Assembly: GCF_006345805.1 (NCBI RefSeq) | Contig: NC_043006.1 | Coordinates: forward strand, 102,610,001 to 102,674,000 | Direction of reading: 5' to 3' | Source: Octopus sinensis | Lineage: Eukaryota | Length of the DNA stretch: 64,000 nt | Program-made: the position numbers and the translations under genes | Shown: positions 26,921 to 40,509 of the stretch, piece by piece | How positions within the stretch are numbered: the stretch's first letter is position 1 | Layout of the letters: each line of letters begins with the position of its first letter | The notes under the pieces: generated by a model | What the model saw: only the letters and a program-made list of their open reading frames with translations | The model's database searches: none | What the model was told of the DNA's origin: nothing

Positions 26921-27300
26921 AGGAAAGATATGAATGCCACAGCTTCCGGATGACTGATTTAGAGCTGTTATGTCAAACATTGGCTGCTATCGAGTGTAAG
27001 TCGAATCCGCTTCTCCAAGGAGTTCATTCTAAAGACTGTCTTCTCGCCTTCCTTTGGTAACGAAGCCCTGATAATTTCCTTCTGCTTCATGGCTATGACA
27101 AAAGACGTTGAATGGTAGGTAAGCTTCAACAAACACTAGAATCAACTCTTTAACCTAGTATAAACTAAATTATCATTTTCCATTTCGCAAAGGAGAACAT
27201 TTGAAATATCAAATATTTCGTTTCATTGCGTCTCATTCCAACATCTGCTCCATTGTACTTCAAGATTTGTCTCAAAGATATTTCATGGTAAACCACATTT
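26921..27300. repeat. Second copy of the 24277-24652 unit
   Basis: Direct repeat, same orientation, small indels (e.g. GGCTGCTATC vs GGCTATC). Confidence 0.85.
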
Positions 27301-27478
27301 ACCTCTGCCTCCAAAATATGTTGCTTTGTGCCTGTGACAAGAAATGATAATTAATAGCTTCTCTTCACATCCTAAACTAAATGATTTTATCGCGCAAATT
27401 TTTTTACATTTCTTACTTGCTCTCCTGCACTTCGTTGCTTCTCTCTGATCTTCCCAATCAAAAATTCCCTTAGTCTTG

Positions 27479-27479
27479 C

Positions 27480-27564
<85 letters not shown>

Positions 27565-27580
27565 CGTCTGTCTGTCTGTC
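27479..27580. repeat. (TATC)n/(TGTC)n microsatellite
   Basis: Direct reading. Confidence 0.95.
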
Positions 27581-28182
27581 TCTTAATAAACTTCAAATAC
27601 ATGAACAAAATCTTGGTGTAACCAGAAGTGCAATGACAAAAAATTTGAATACAAGGTGCAGTCGCGGCTGTGTTTAGGCGCAGGTGTGGCTTTACAGGTG
27701 CGGGCGTGACTGTATGGTAACAAGTTTGTTTCCCAATCATACGCTTCTAGGTTCAGTTCCATTGCGCGGTACCTTGGGTAAGTTTTTCTTACTAAAGCCT
27801 CGGGCAGAACAAAGTTTTGTGAGTAGACTTGGTACATGGGTGATGAAAGAAACTGAAGTGAACTGTATTTCTAAGCAATCATTCGCAATCAAAATACAAC
27901 ATCCACCCACACATACACAAACACAAACACTCACAAATATCGAAAAAAAATACACAATGTATGTTTTGCTAGTTCGTGCAGAGGTTGCGCTTATAGGCAT
28001 AAGAGAATATATTCGCATTAATGTGCTTCCATTTTTCCCTCTTAATCATTTTTCTCGAAGAGCGTAGGCCCGAAACGTAAAAGACTTTTCCCTTCTTCTC
28101 GAGCGTTAAACTGATACACCTGCTTGTTGTTCCTACACCTGTCTTCGTCTTTTGTTTTCTGTAAATTTGAACTATGTGTGTG

Positions 28183-28229
<47 letters not shown>

Positions 28230-28236
28230 TCTTTTT

Positions 28237-28659
28237 ATTCCTTTTTTATTTGTTTCAGTCATTTGATTGCAGCCATACTGGAGCACCGCCTTTAGTCGAA
28301 CAAATCGATTCCAGCACTTATTCTTTGTAAGTCTAGTACTTATTCTATTGGTTTCTTTGCCGAACCACTAAGTTATGGGTACGTTAACATACTAGCATTG
28401 CTTGTCCAGCGATGTGGGGGGAACAAACACACACACACAAACACATACACACACATACGTACATATATACATACATACACATATATATATATATATATAT
28501 GTATACGACGGGATTCTTTCAGTCTCCGTCTACCAAATCCACTCACAAGGCTTTGGTCGGCCCGAGGCTATAGTAGATGACACTTGCCCAAGGTGCCACG
28601 CAGTGGGACTGAACCAGGAACCATGTGGTTGGTAAGCAAGCTACTTACCACACAGCCAC
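28237..28659 (-). mobile_element. CORE-type SINE with central microsatellite
   Basis: Reverse complement of the 2230-3017 family (GTGGCACCTTGGGCAAGTG; tail GAAACAAATAAAA). Confidence 0.8.
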
Positions 28660-28888
28660 GTATATATATATATACGTTTACGCATATATGTATGTTGATA
28701 CATGCACATACAAACACACACATACACACGCACGCACATATACAAACGTACATACCCTAATGTCAACTCTCCACTTACCCTTAACGACATTCGTATCGTA
28801 CTTTCAAACTATGCAACCATGCACCAATTGGAAAACGAAAAAGCAAGAAAACAACAGCAATAACATCAACAAAAATAACCTTTTAAGT

Positions 28889-29442
28889 GTGGTGGAAGCA
28901 CTCCGTCGGTTGCGACGACGAGGGTTCCCGTTGATCCGAATCAACGGAACAGCCTGCTCGTGAAATTAACGTGTAAGTGGCTGAGCACTCCACAGACACG
29001 TGTACCCTTAACGTAGTTCTCGGGGATATTCAGCATGACACAGAGAGTGACAAGACCGGCCCCTTGAAATACAGGTACAACAGAAACAGGAAGTAAGAGT
29101 GAGAGAAAGTTGTGGTGAAAGAGTACAGCAGGGATCACCACCATCCCCTGCCGGAGCCTCGTGGAGCTTTAGGTGTTTTCGCTCAATAAACACTCACAAC
29201 GCCCGGTCTGGAAATCGAAACCGCGATCCTATGACCGCGAGTCCGCTGCCCTAACCACTGGGCCATTGCACCTCCACTGGTGAAAGAGTACAGCAGGGAT
29301 CACCACCACCCCCTGCCGGAGCCTCGTGGAGCTTTAGGTGTTTTCGCTCAATAAACACTCACAACGCCCGGTCTGGAAATCGAAACCGCGATCCTATGAC
29401 CGCGAGTCCGCTGCCCTAACCACTGGGCCATTGCGCCTCCAC
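28889..29442 (-). mobile_element. tRNA(Arg)-like SINE with tandemly duplicated 165-bp 5' part
   Basis: 29113-29277 repeated at 29278-29441; 12-bp TSD AACCTTTTAAGT at 28877-28888 and 29443-29454. Confidence 0.9.
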
Positions 29443-29466
29443 AACCTTTTAAGTAAACGTTATATA

Positions 29467-29698
29467 TTTCTTTACTACCCACAAGGGGCTAAACATAGAG
29501 GTGACAAACAAGGAGAGACAAACAGATTAAGTCGATTACATCGACCCCAGTGCGTAACTGGTACTTAATTTATCAACCCCCGAAAGGATGAAAGGCAAAG
29601 TCGACCTCGGCGGAATTTGAACTCAGAACGTAACGGTAGCCGAAATACAGCTACGCATTTCGCCCGGCGCGCTAACGATTCAGCCAGCTCACCGCCTC
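29467..29698 (-). mobile_element. Full-length Meta-type SINE with long tail
   Basis: Head to tail in one piece; ~22-bp TSD CCTTTTAAGTAAA(C/T)GTT(A/T)TATA at 29445-29466 and 29699-29720. Confidence 0.85.
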
Positions 29699-30268
29699 CC
29701 TTTTAAGTAAATGTTTTATATGACAAAGAATCCGAGAATACGGCAATAACTTGCTCTGGATGCCACACTGTCTGTGTGTCACTAGCGGGGTTACGAGAGC
29801 CGCTCTTCTCAATTTCGACAATGACATTGATATCGCCTTCTTCGATATTCTAATGAGACAAATAAGTATTGATACATGTATTAACGTTATTTTATTCTTT
29901 TCCGTAATATCAAACGATGTTCTGTTAGTTATTTTACTACTTGTTTTTCATGCGTAAATTTTCCTTGTGAAAATTACTTCGTTTGACTAGACACGAAAAG
30001 AAAAAGGACAAAAACAAAGAGAAAGTAAAATGAAACCCTTCGGAAAGAGAATGATAGAGTCAACTGAATAAATTAGCATTATATTATAATATATTATTGT
30101 TTTGTAGTGTATTACATATTTTTTATTAATTCTTTCCTGTGCAGTTTAAACACAAAATTAGAAAAAAAAAAAAAATCAAACGAAGGAAGGAAACTAAACG
30201 CCATAGGGTTATTTAATCTGGTTGTCTGCCATTTCTGCCAAATCACTGGCCTAGTTTTCTGAACAAAC

Positions 30269-31660
<1,392 letters not shown>

Positions 31661-32361
31661 GTGTGTGTACAGATAGTTGAGTAGCTACATGAATGTATAC
31701 ATTAACTCTCACTCGCACATACACACACGCTCACTTACTCATACATATACGCAAACACACATGCAAGTATACACCTTTATGTAAACAAATATACATATAT
31801 GTACATGTATAAAAATGGCCTCAGTTTCTGTCGCAATCACCAACCGGAATATTAGCTTTCGTTTTGAAATATATGATTGTAAAACTATAGGGATGTAGGT
31901 AAATCAATTAGGTACCATATACGATGCAGACTCTGTGGTAATAACCCTAGCCCCAAACATTATACAATGACATCAGCAGGAGGAAAAATCACGAGGATAA
32001 AAATATAAGAAGTTATAATGATGAGATAGCATAAATATGCATAATATGAAGAAACACTTTTGGGTATGTTCTTGGCATGATCTTGGTAAAAAAACACCAT
32101 AACAGAACATACATAATGATTAACGATTGCATTGGTCAACAAAATGAACCTGTTTTTAATCATCAGAGTTGCTGATTGACTTTTCTGGGTTAATTTTTGA
32201 TGCTGATTACGAATCTGAAGTCCGATTTTCATGTTAATGATACCTGCTGTTTTAACTTATAGGATACGTAAAGCATGTCTATATAAAGTATATAGAATAC
32301 AAGATACGATAATTTCATGGCTTTTTATTGCACGAAATTAAAATTATTGTGTACAAATAAG

Positions 32362-34038
32362 TCAGAATACACTCAAATGCATAACAACTTGAAATCTTTG
32401 GGATTTGGACTTTCTATGGTGTTTTGCCTCAGGTTCATCCCTGTATAACATTCCTGCGTTCGAAAATCTTTGATATCGTTGTTCCATCGATGCAATATCG
32501 TGATGAAAGCGTTCGTCTTGCACATCAGACACTGCTCCAAGGTTCTCTGCAAAAAAGTCCAGATATGATTCAAGGAAATGGACTTTTAGTGACATCCGGC
32601 AGCCCATTGCAGCGTAGGAGTCTAGAAGACATTTCACTCCATTTCTAAACTCTAGAAATCTCTTGTTGCATAGGAAAGTTCACCGAGCCATTTGAAGGAT
32701 TCCCAGGCTTTAAGCTCAATCTCATCCAGTGCTGTGAGGAAGTGGTTGTCCTCCAGGAGTTCTTTTATCTGCGGACCTATGAATACGTCCTCCTTCAGTT
32801 TTGCCTCGGTGATTTTTGGAAATTTGGCCTTCACATATTCAAAACCTTTTGAGCGTTTCCTGGCGTCTTCACGAATTGTTTAATGAGGCCAAGCTTTATG
32901 TGAAGAGGAGGAAGAAGAACATTTTCTGGATTTAAAAGTGGCTTACTTTGGACGCTAGACGCTAGAAACTCCCGGCTCATATGATTTTCGCAAAGGCCAC
33001 TCTGATTGCACATAGTGCGTGTTAGTTCCACGACTGTCCCATAGTCATAAAAAGCAAGAATATTTCGTGAACCCAGATTGCATTCCCATCAACATTCCAA
33101 TCACCTTCAAGTCTCCACATATTTTCCAGCTGTAGTTTGTATATTTTATGGCATTGAGGAGTACTTGCATGTTTTCATAACACTCCTTCATGTGCACTGA
33201 ATGTCCTATGGGAATGGATGGTTTCTTATTGCTGTTGTGTAGTAGTACTGCCTTGAGGCTTCTCTTAGATGAGTCAATGAATAAGCGCCATTCAGCTGGA
33301 ACATGCTCTTGGAACAAACAGCGAAATAACTCATCAGTGTTATTACTGAAACAAAGTGATCCATCAACAGAGAAGCATGAAGTCAGATCCCTATTTCTAT
33401 TCCTGGAATGAGTAATACAAACATCTTTATTAAGCAGGCACTTTTCTTGTAGGTGAGTTGCTAATAGTTCAGCTTTATCCTTCGACAATGACAAATCTCT
33501 AACTAAATCATTTAACTCTCCTTGAGAACATTTCTGTGGTACGTCTTCATTTTCAATCATGGAATCTGCATCCACATCGGTATCTTCCACAGCAGTATAC
33601 ATCTTCGTCAGACATCTGAAGGCCATTTTCTGGTGGTATTGGAATAGGAAGATCATCATCATTGTGTGGTACTGGTCTTGCTGATTCCAAGTTGGGATAC
33701 ACAATCTTATACTTGGTCTTTACAGTAAACCCACATACATTAACGTTGCAGAAATAACAGTCCATGAAATGATCCTTTGGCCCTCTCCACATCATAGGTA
33801 TTGCAAACAGCATTGCTCTCTTCCTCTTATTTAGCCAATCCCTTAGTCCATTTGAACAAGCTGAGCAGATGATGTGCGGGGCCCAACTCTTATCTTGATC
33901 CCAGAGAGAGCAGCCAAAGTATAACTGGTAGATATTGATTTCAATTGTGATGGCATGTTGCTGAGCTTTGGTGGTAAATGAACCACAGACATGACAAAAT
34001 ATATCAGGATTGTTCTTGCAATGCCTTGACATCATGAG
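32362..34038 (-). pseudogene. Transposase with N-terminal Cys/His zinc finger (Chapaev3-type)
   Basis: CKNNPDIFCHVC..DQDKSWAPHIICSAC..PKDHFMDCYFC; EWRLFIDSSKRSLKAVLLHN; CGDLKV; LLPPLHIKLGL; GPQIKEL; MGCRMSLKVHFL..AVSDVQDERFHHDI; multiple frameshifts. Confidence 0.85.
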
Positions 34039-34207
34039 TGGAATTTGATGATGATGATGACTTGGCACCTTAAATAGAAAGTAAAATTTATGAAATGAAA
34101 AAATTATGAAAACATAAAATTACAAAATGAATATAAATAGTTATAAAACAGAAATCAGAATTTACCTGTAAAAGACGTTTACGTGTAGCGATACTGCTGA
34201 TAGGAGT

Positions 34208-34447
34208 GGAGGCGCAATGGCCCAGTGGTTAGGGCAGCGGACTCGCGGTCATAGGATCGCGGTTTCGATTCCCAGACCGGGCGTTGTGAGTGTTTATTGA
34301 GCGAAAACACCCAAAGCTCCACGAGGCTCCGGCAGGGATGGTGGTGATCCCTGCTGTACTCTTTCATCACAACTTTCACGAGCAGGTTGTTCCGTTAATC
34401 GGATCAACCGGAACCCTCGTCGTCGTAACCGACGGAGTGCTTCCACC
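34208..34447 (+). mobile_element. tRNA(Arg)-like SINE, internally deleted, nested in the Chapaev3-like element
   Basis: Head GGAGGCGCAATGGCCCAGTGGTTAGGGCAGCGGACTCGCGG..GGTTTCGATTCC; 15-bp TSD ACTGCTGAT(A/G)GGAGT at 34193-34207 and 34448-34462. Confidence 0.9.
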
Positions 34448-34945
34448 ACTGCTGATGGGAGTTATACACCTCTCTTATCTCACCAGAAAATAACTGTGTC
34501 TGATAGAAGGAAAGCGATTACATTTTTGATATCTGCGGACAAAACTACATATAAAACACCAGATAACATCCCTGATGAAAATTGGCTGTTGACCAGTGAC
34601 ATTGAAAATGAAAACATCTGTGCCGGTCTAATAAGAATAGCTAAATTTACATTTATTCCATCTTATCTATATGTATACATATAATTATTGGGGCACTTGG
34701 ATATCCAACTAATATCAAACGTGAGAAGCTCAGCGCCTCAAAGATCTGATAGGAGATTGCTAATTAGAAAATTACAACTACGAATCATTAGAGGCACTGT
34801 AGAAATATGTAAAAATGCTCCAGAAGTTTAGCATGAAATAAGTGCATATACAGACGTATACCAAGCAATTATATGTGGATATATACGTATATATGTCAAA
34901 ATATACAACATGTCACGACACCCATACTTACAGATGCATATGCAT

Positions 34946-34987
<42 letters not shown>

Positions 34988-35049
34988 GTGTGTGTGTGTG
35001 TGTGAGTGTGTGTGTGTATACATATAGAGATACATGCACCAATTCTTTC

Positions 35050-35255
35050 TGATGTTAGCACAAGACCAACAGATTTAAGGGGAAGAGTAAGGCGATTGCA
35101 TCGACCCCAGTACTTGACTAGTACTTGATTTTATCGACCCCACAGGGATAAAAGGCAAAGTTGATCCCGGCGGAATTTGAGTTCAGAGGGTAAAGAGCCA
35201 GAAGAAATGCGCTAATCATTTTGTCCGGCGCGCAAACAACGCCCTCAGCTCGCTG
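35050..35255 (-). mobile_element. Meta-type SINE, diverged
   Basis: Reverse complement of Meta domain and B-box region. Confidence 0.7.
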
Positions 35256-35343
35256 GTTTCACATACATACATGCATGCATACATACATACATGCATACAT
35301 ACATACATACATGCATACATACATACATACATACATACATACA

Positions 35344-35374
<31 letters not shown>

Positions 35375-35450
35375 TTACACACAGTCACACACAGACACAG
35401 ACACTCACACACACATATATCTCGTCCGTAAACATAAATCCGAAAAAAGA

Positions 35451-35496
35451 AGCACAACCTATAACTGTATATATATATACAGTTATAGGTTGTGCT
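35451..35496. repeat. Perfect 46-bp palindrome
   Basis: AGCACAACCTATAACTGTATATA|TATATACAGTTATAGGTTGTGCT. Confidence 0.95.
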
Positions 35497-35599
35497 ATGT
35501 GTGTGTGTGTATGCACATATGTATATATATGTGTATATATATTTATATATATATATAAATAACTGATATTGCAATGAAGGGGCCTTAGGTTAGAAACTA

Positions 35600-36415
35600 A
35601 ACAGGCTTAATATTGGGCAACATAAGATTTATTCCTCCAAATTTGAATAAGAAATTCAAAGTTATGTGGATTCCATGAATGATTTCACAAATGTTCAATA
35701 AGCACACCGCCTGAGACACGGTAGACGTCAAGTCGGTAGTCCAGCTCCTACCAAGCACACTGTAGCATGTCTTGGGTAACCGCCTCTAGCGCAGTAGTGA
35801 TTCTCTGTTCGAGTTCCTCTAGGTTTGAAGTAAACAAGACGTCTTTTGAACTTCAAATTTCTCTTGCATATCAACACAGAATCGTTTGCGCTTTCGCTTG
35901 TCATCTGCCGTTGTGGCCTGAACGAGCTGCAACTTGTAGGGTTTCATTGCCAAGCATTTCCTCAGGACACGCCAAACTATTGTTGGAAAAATCTGGATTT
36001 CCAGAGATGTTCTTCTTATGGACATTTCGGGGCTTCGCAAGAGTTTTTGGCGAACCTGCTGGACCGTCTCTTCCCATGTTAGTGGTCGTCCAGATACTTT
36101 TGCCATGCACAGCCTCCCTCTTTGAGTTTTTTGTGCCATGTCCAAATCTGCATTGCCGTTGGTAATTAGAGAACTCTCTCACAAATGCACGCTGTACAGT
36201 CTTGTTCGACCGTGTTCCAGCATCCTCCAGCACACAAAACGCCTTTTCTCTTCCAGTGAATGCCATTTCTATACCTGAAAAGATAAACACACCAAACATT
36301 AAACATAAAATTTTCACCTGTTTCCACACATGCTGTTGAAATTTGAAGTCATTTGAACAAGAACTGGCAAAGTTATTAGATTACAAAATGGTATCAAATT
36401 TTTTGAAACATCCTG
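35600..36415 (-). mobile_element. Tc1/mariner-superfamily element with catalytic domain deleted
   Basis: 5' end CAGGATGTTTCAAAA next to TA (36416-36417); N-terminal HTH region MAFTGREKAFCVLE..TVQRAF..SGRP..SPEMSIRR..MKPYKLQLVQ joined directly to C-terminal ELEQRITTAL..ELDYRLDV..IEHL; matching 3' TIR not found, left boundary approximate. Confidence 0.8.
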
Positions 36416-36484
36416 TATGTATATATATACATACATACATACATACATACATACATACATACATACATACATACACACACACAT

Positions 36485-36531
<47 letters not shown>

Positions 36532-36599
36532 CACACGAATACATACAAATAGTGTGTGTGTGATATATACATATACAGAGCATATGTATATTAAGTATG

Positions 36600-36664
<65 letters not shown>

Positions 36665-37530
36665 TGCAGCTATACATCTAAAGACACACGCTGACAGATG
36701 CATAGGCACATAATCGCATTCATGAAAGGCACACTCTGGCAGTAAGTCACATATAAGCAGGTAAGCACACAGATATGGAAACACACGCATACACATATAC
36801 ACACAACGAAACTGATACACGCATATACACACGCAAAAGTATATTTAGAATGGTAACCATAGCTGCCAGCAGTCTGATAATTTCTTCGGAAAAGATTCTC
36901 GTCTAACAAATCGATTCTTTATATTTTGTTCAATAATATCGATAAATGGACAGGAGACTTTATGGTCGATGTTGTTAAACTCGGGTCAGTCATGATCCAG
37001 AAGATGTGCAATAAAAATCGTTCTATTTTGAATATTCTGTTCCTTTTACCGGATATAGTGTATCTAGGATCATATAGTTTATTGCGTTGTTGTTGTTGCT
37101 ACTGCTATTGTTTAACCCGAGGCCGGATCAGGTTAAAAAGACTTATGATGAGAGATCTTTCAGCCAAAAAATTCTCATCTCCTTAGGCACACTTAAGACA
37201 ACGTTATGAGATGTGTCCTTCATTTTAAAGACTATAATTCGTGTTTTAAGGGAGAGCTATTTGCTATTTCCTGTACGTCGAGTAATCAGATAGAAAAGCT
37301 GCATCATCGATATTTATTGTTTGTTGATATTTAGCCCCAGGGCAGCCTTAATCGATGACGATAAATATCTATAAATGATAAAGATATTGCAGCTCTAACA
37401 ACCCACCATTTTATACTTTTTGAAATTCATAGTTCAGTTTTTCCCTCTTCATTTCAGTCGGTATGATATGGATTCAAAGAGTGTTGGCTACTATTTATAG
37501 TAGGTCGGGCAACCACGTAAAACACACACA

Positions 37531-37605
<75 letters not shown>

Positions 37606-37875
37606 ACGCACACACACACACACACGCACATATATATGCGTAAATGTCAAACGATGAAAATGAGTACTCGACACCGCCATTGGTGGATAAAATTTCTTTA
37701 TTTGTGAATTAAGGCTACCACTGGTTTCTTGTTAAGAAAATAGAAAATTATCTTAATATCTTAACGAATTTTCAGGCTGATCACATGGTGTTCATCTTCA
37801 TTTTGGACAAAAAGACAAAGTTTCGCTGAATTCGTGTATACATACAAACATACATACATACACACACACACACAC

Positions 37876-37932
<57 letters not shown>

Positions 37933-38099
37933 TATATATAATGTACACAGTAACTCAAATACGAACTACCGTTAGTTTCATACAAAGAAAAGTGGTATAT
38001 TTACATCTTATACCTTGTGCTTTTAAGCAATCCTTCAGGCTCACTCGATGGGGGTACTGTTTTTGTTGATCCAACCAATAACGGGACTATATATAATAT

Positions 38100-38860
38100 A
38101 TATATATATATATAGTATATAAAATGGGGAAGGTCGGTTTATGGGATTACCTTAGATTTCCCGCCCATAAAGTGTTGGTTTAACTTTATGGCGTATTGTC
38201 AGATCGCAAAACCCCGTTGGCCCATGACCTCTTAAAATATATGGAGGAAATGTCTCACTACCCAAAGGTAGCTATTGGAGATTATCTCCCTTTTCTTAAG
38301 GGTGTCGATTTCCAGCTGTGCCGCCAACTTGTGGGCTCCAGAAGGCTAGCAGAAACTTCCTGAAATGTAAACATGGCCCGAAAATCTCCGTTCTGGAATT
38401 AAGGATGTTCCCTTGTTCGAGTGAGTCCTTTAGGATCCTCGCACATTCAGCTATGCGTAACTTGTAACGCTTCGTCGTGTTGATGTAGGGGTCTGGGTTC
38501 TCGAGGATTTTCCATGAGATCGTGTATGGAATCCCATCGTTTCTTAGTTGCCAGACGTGGCTGGCCATTGATGTTACGTATCTTCTTTCCGGAACTCTGA
38601 AGGAGGACCTGTGATTGGAGAGACGGTGCTTAAAAGAGTTACCGGAACATCCAATTTCTCTCCGTGAGCGTGTGTTGTCGGTGTTGTGGGATGAAATTAA
38701 AATAATAGACAGAGAACAATAATGGAAAATACGAAAACTAAAAGAAGAAGCACGTATGCTAGGACATAATAACCTCCTAACCGGGCCTAGTGCAGAGATG
38801 AGTAGCATATGGGAACCGGTATTAAGGAAGGATACAAAGCTATTAGATTTATAAGCCCTA
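38100..38860 (-). mobile_element. Penelope-like element 3' fragment (GIY-YIG endonuclease)
   Basis: ORF 38296-38889: IGCSGNSFKHRLSNHRSSF..TSMASHVWQLRNDGIPYTISWKIL..YINTTKRYKL..LNSRTEIFGPCLH. Confidence 0.85.
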
Positions 38861-38883
38861 AAATTCACTCCATAATTGCCCAC

Positions 38884-39140
38884 GAGCATATGGCGTTGTG
38901 GTTAAGAGCGCGGGCTACTAACCCCAAGATGTCGAGTTCGATTCTAGGCAAATAATAATAATAATAATAATAATAATAGTAACAACAACAACAACATACC
39001 TTAGGAATGAGAACCCAGGTTCGAAATTCCCCCAGGACACCTGATGAAGGCTGAAGAGTACACCAGCCAAAATGTAGTGTTAAGAACAAACAAGATGGGG
39101 ACAAATATCCGTCAAATGTAAATAACGTAAATAATGTACA
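38884..39140 (+). mobile_element. SINE-like chimera: tRNA head + (TAA)/(CAA) + hammerhead-like tail
   Basis: A box TGGCGTTGTGGTT (38891), B box GAGTTCGATTC (38934); CTGATGA at 39041-39047, stem GGCTG/CAGCC, then AAAA in place of GAAA. Confidence 0.6.
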
Positions 39141-39439
39141 TAATTTATCATTTAGTTGAAGAAACTATTGTAAAGTTGGTCTTTCAGTCATAACCTCTTT
39201 ATTGTTTCAACAAAGTCCTATTATTTCATGAAAAAAGTACTCTTGTACCTCAATCGTTTTTGAAGAGTTAATGGTGGTCGTTGGTATTATTTGTACTTTT
39301 TTTAGTTTACTTTAAGTGCTTGAGTTCATCTATAATAATGTCAGCAAAACTCATTAAATTGAAAATGTAGACAATATAGTGTTGAATATTTGGATTTATT
39401 ATTACTCCTGATAATGAATAATAGCCAATGTTTTTTCAC

Positions 39440-40030
39440 GAGAAAGCTGTTTCGAATGAGGCTCTGAAGCCATCCAGGCTTTCGCATCTTTTAAACAAGA
39501 TAAACCCCGATAAAGCAAACAAAGATTTGTCCTTCTTTAAAACTGAACGAAATGAATTTTGCAACAGAAAATCTATTCTTATGACAAACTAATCACAGAA
39601 ATGCGATGAAGGACTTGTTTGTGCATAGAATATCTCGAGGAATGATTGCCAGATCAGGGAAACCTCATACAATTGGAGAACAAATTTTGTCAGCTTTAGA
39701 AGAAGCTCTTCCTACAGTAGTACATCATCCTTCCCCAAGTGGAATTATCATAACGATTCCACTTAGTAATAATTCTGTGGAAAGAATTGATGAAATGTGT
39801 GAGGGCATTGAGGAAATGTTATTTACAATACTTAAAAATCAACAATTTGTTTTACAATTGGACCAGCCGACTCTCCTGGGCAATGAAGCATTGTTTTTAG
39901 GATACGTTCGCTTTATTAAAGATCAGAAAATTGTGTAAGATTTATTGTTTGTAAAGGAACTTAAAACAGTGTCTAAAAGTGAATCCATTTTTACTATAGA
40001 TAAACAGCTTTTCAAAGAAAAAAACATTTA
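39440..40030 (+). pseudogene. hAT (Charlie-type) transposase fragment
   Basis: IARSGKPHTIGEQIL..IPLSNNSVERIDEM..FVLQLDQPTLLGNEALFLGYVRFIK, continuing *DLLFVKELKT..ESIF. Confidence 0.85.
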
Positions 40031-40130
40031 AAGTTTAATTTAACGCTTAATTTTAAGGTGATGTAAAATTGGATTAACAATATTTTGAAAAAGAACCTGA
40101 AGATGTGTTGGTGGAATTGTAAATCTGATG

Positions 40131-40171
<41 letters not shown>

Positions 40172-40472
40172 CACACACACACCACACATGTATATATACA
40201 ATATACAATATATATCATAATCTTCCAATGCTGAAACACGTGTAGTACATTCATGATCGATAATTTTAATTTTAACTTAAGTAGGAGGTAATTAAGGAAG
40301 TATATTTTATACTCTGTTGGTATACTGGTTCTATCCTTTAAAGTATTATTTCATGACGTGCAGATAGATACTCGTACCATGAGTTTACCTTCAGATATTA
40401 GGTTGTTTTTTGTATTATCTGAAATAGAATACCCGCATTTCTATTAATCCCCCAAATTGAATTATACATACA

Positions 40473-40506
<34 letters not shown>

Positions 40507-40509
40507 CAT

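Larger units (their letters stand above)
32130..34598 (-). mobile_element. Chapaev3-like (CMC superfamily) DNA transposon, near full length, decayed
   Basis: Ends CATTGGTCAACA (32130) / TGTTGACCAGTG (34587-34598) form a 12-bp TIR with 1 mismatch; encloses the transposase remnant and a nested SINE; no TSD recognisable; family assignment from recalled motifs. Confidence 0.7.

Noticed and set aside
28040-28090. Hammerhead candidate GAGCGTAGGCCCGAAACG
   Set aside because: Catalytic CUGANGA segment is incomplete and stem II is mismatched; at most a decayed repeat copy.
34208-34285. tRNA-Arg gene (also heads at 29205-29277, 38884-38950, 51220-51295)
   Set aside because: tRNA-like heads continue into SINE bodies with TSDs; they are SINE heads rather than tRNA genes.
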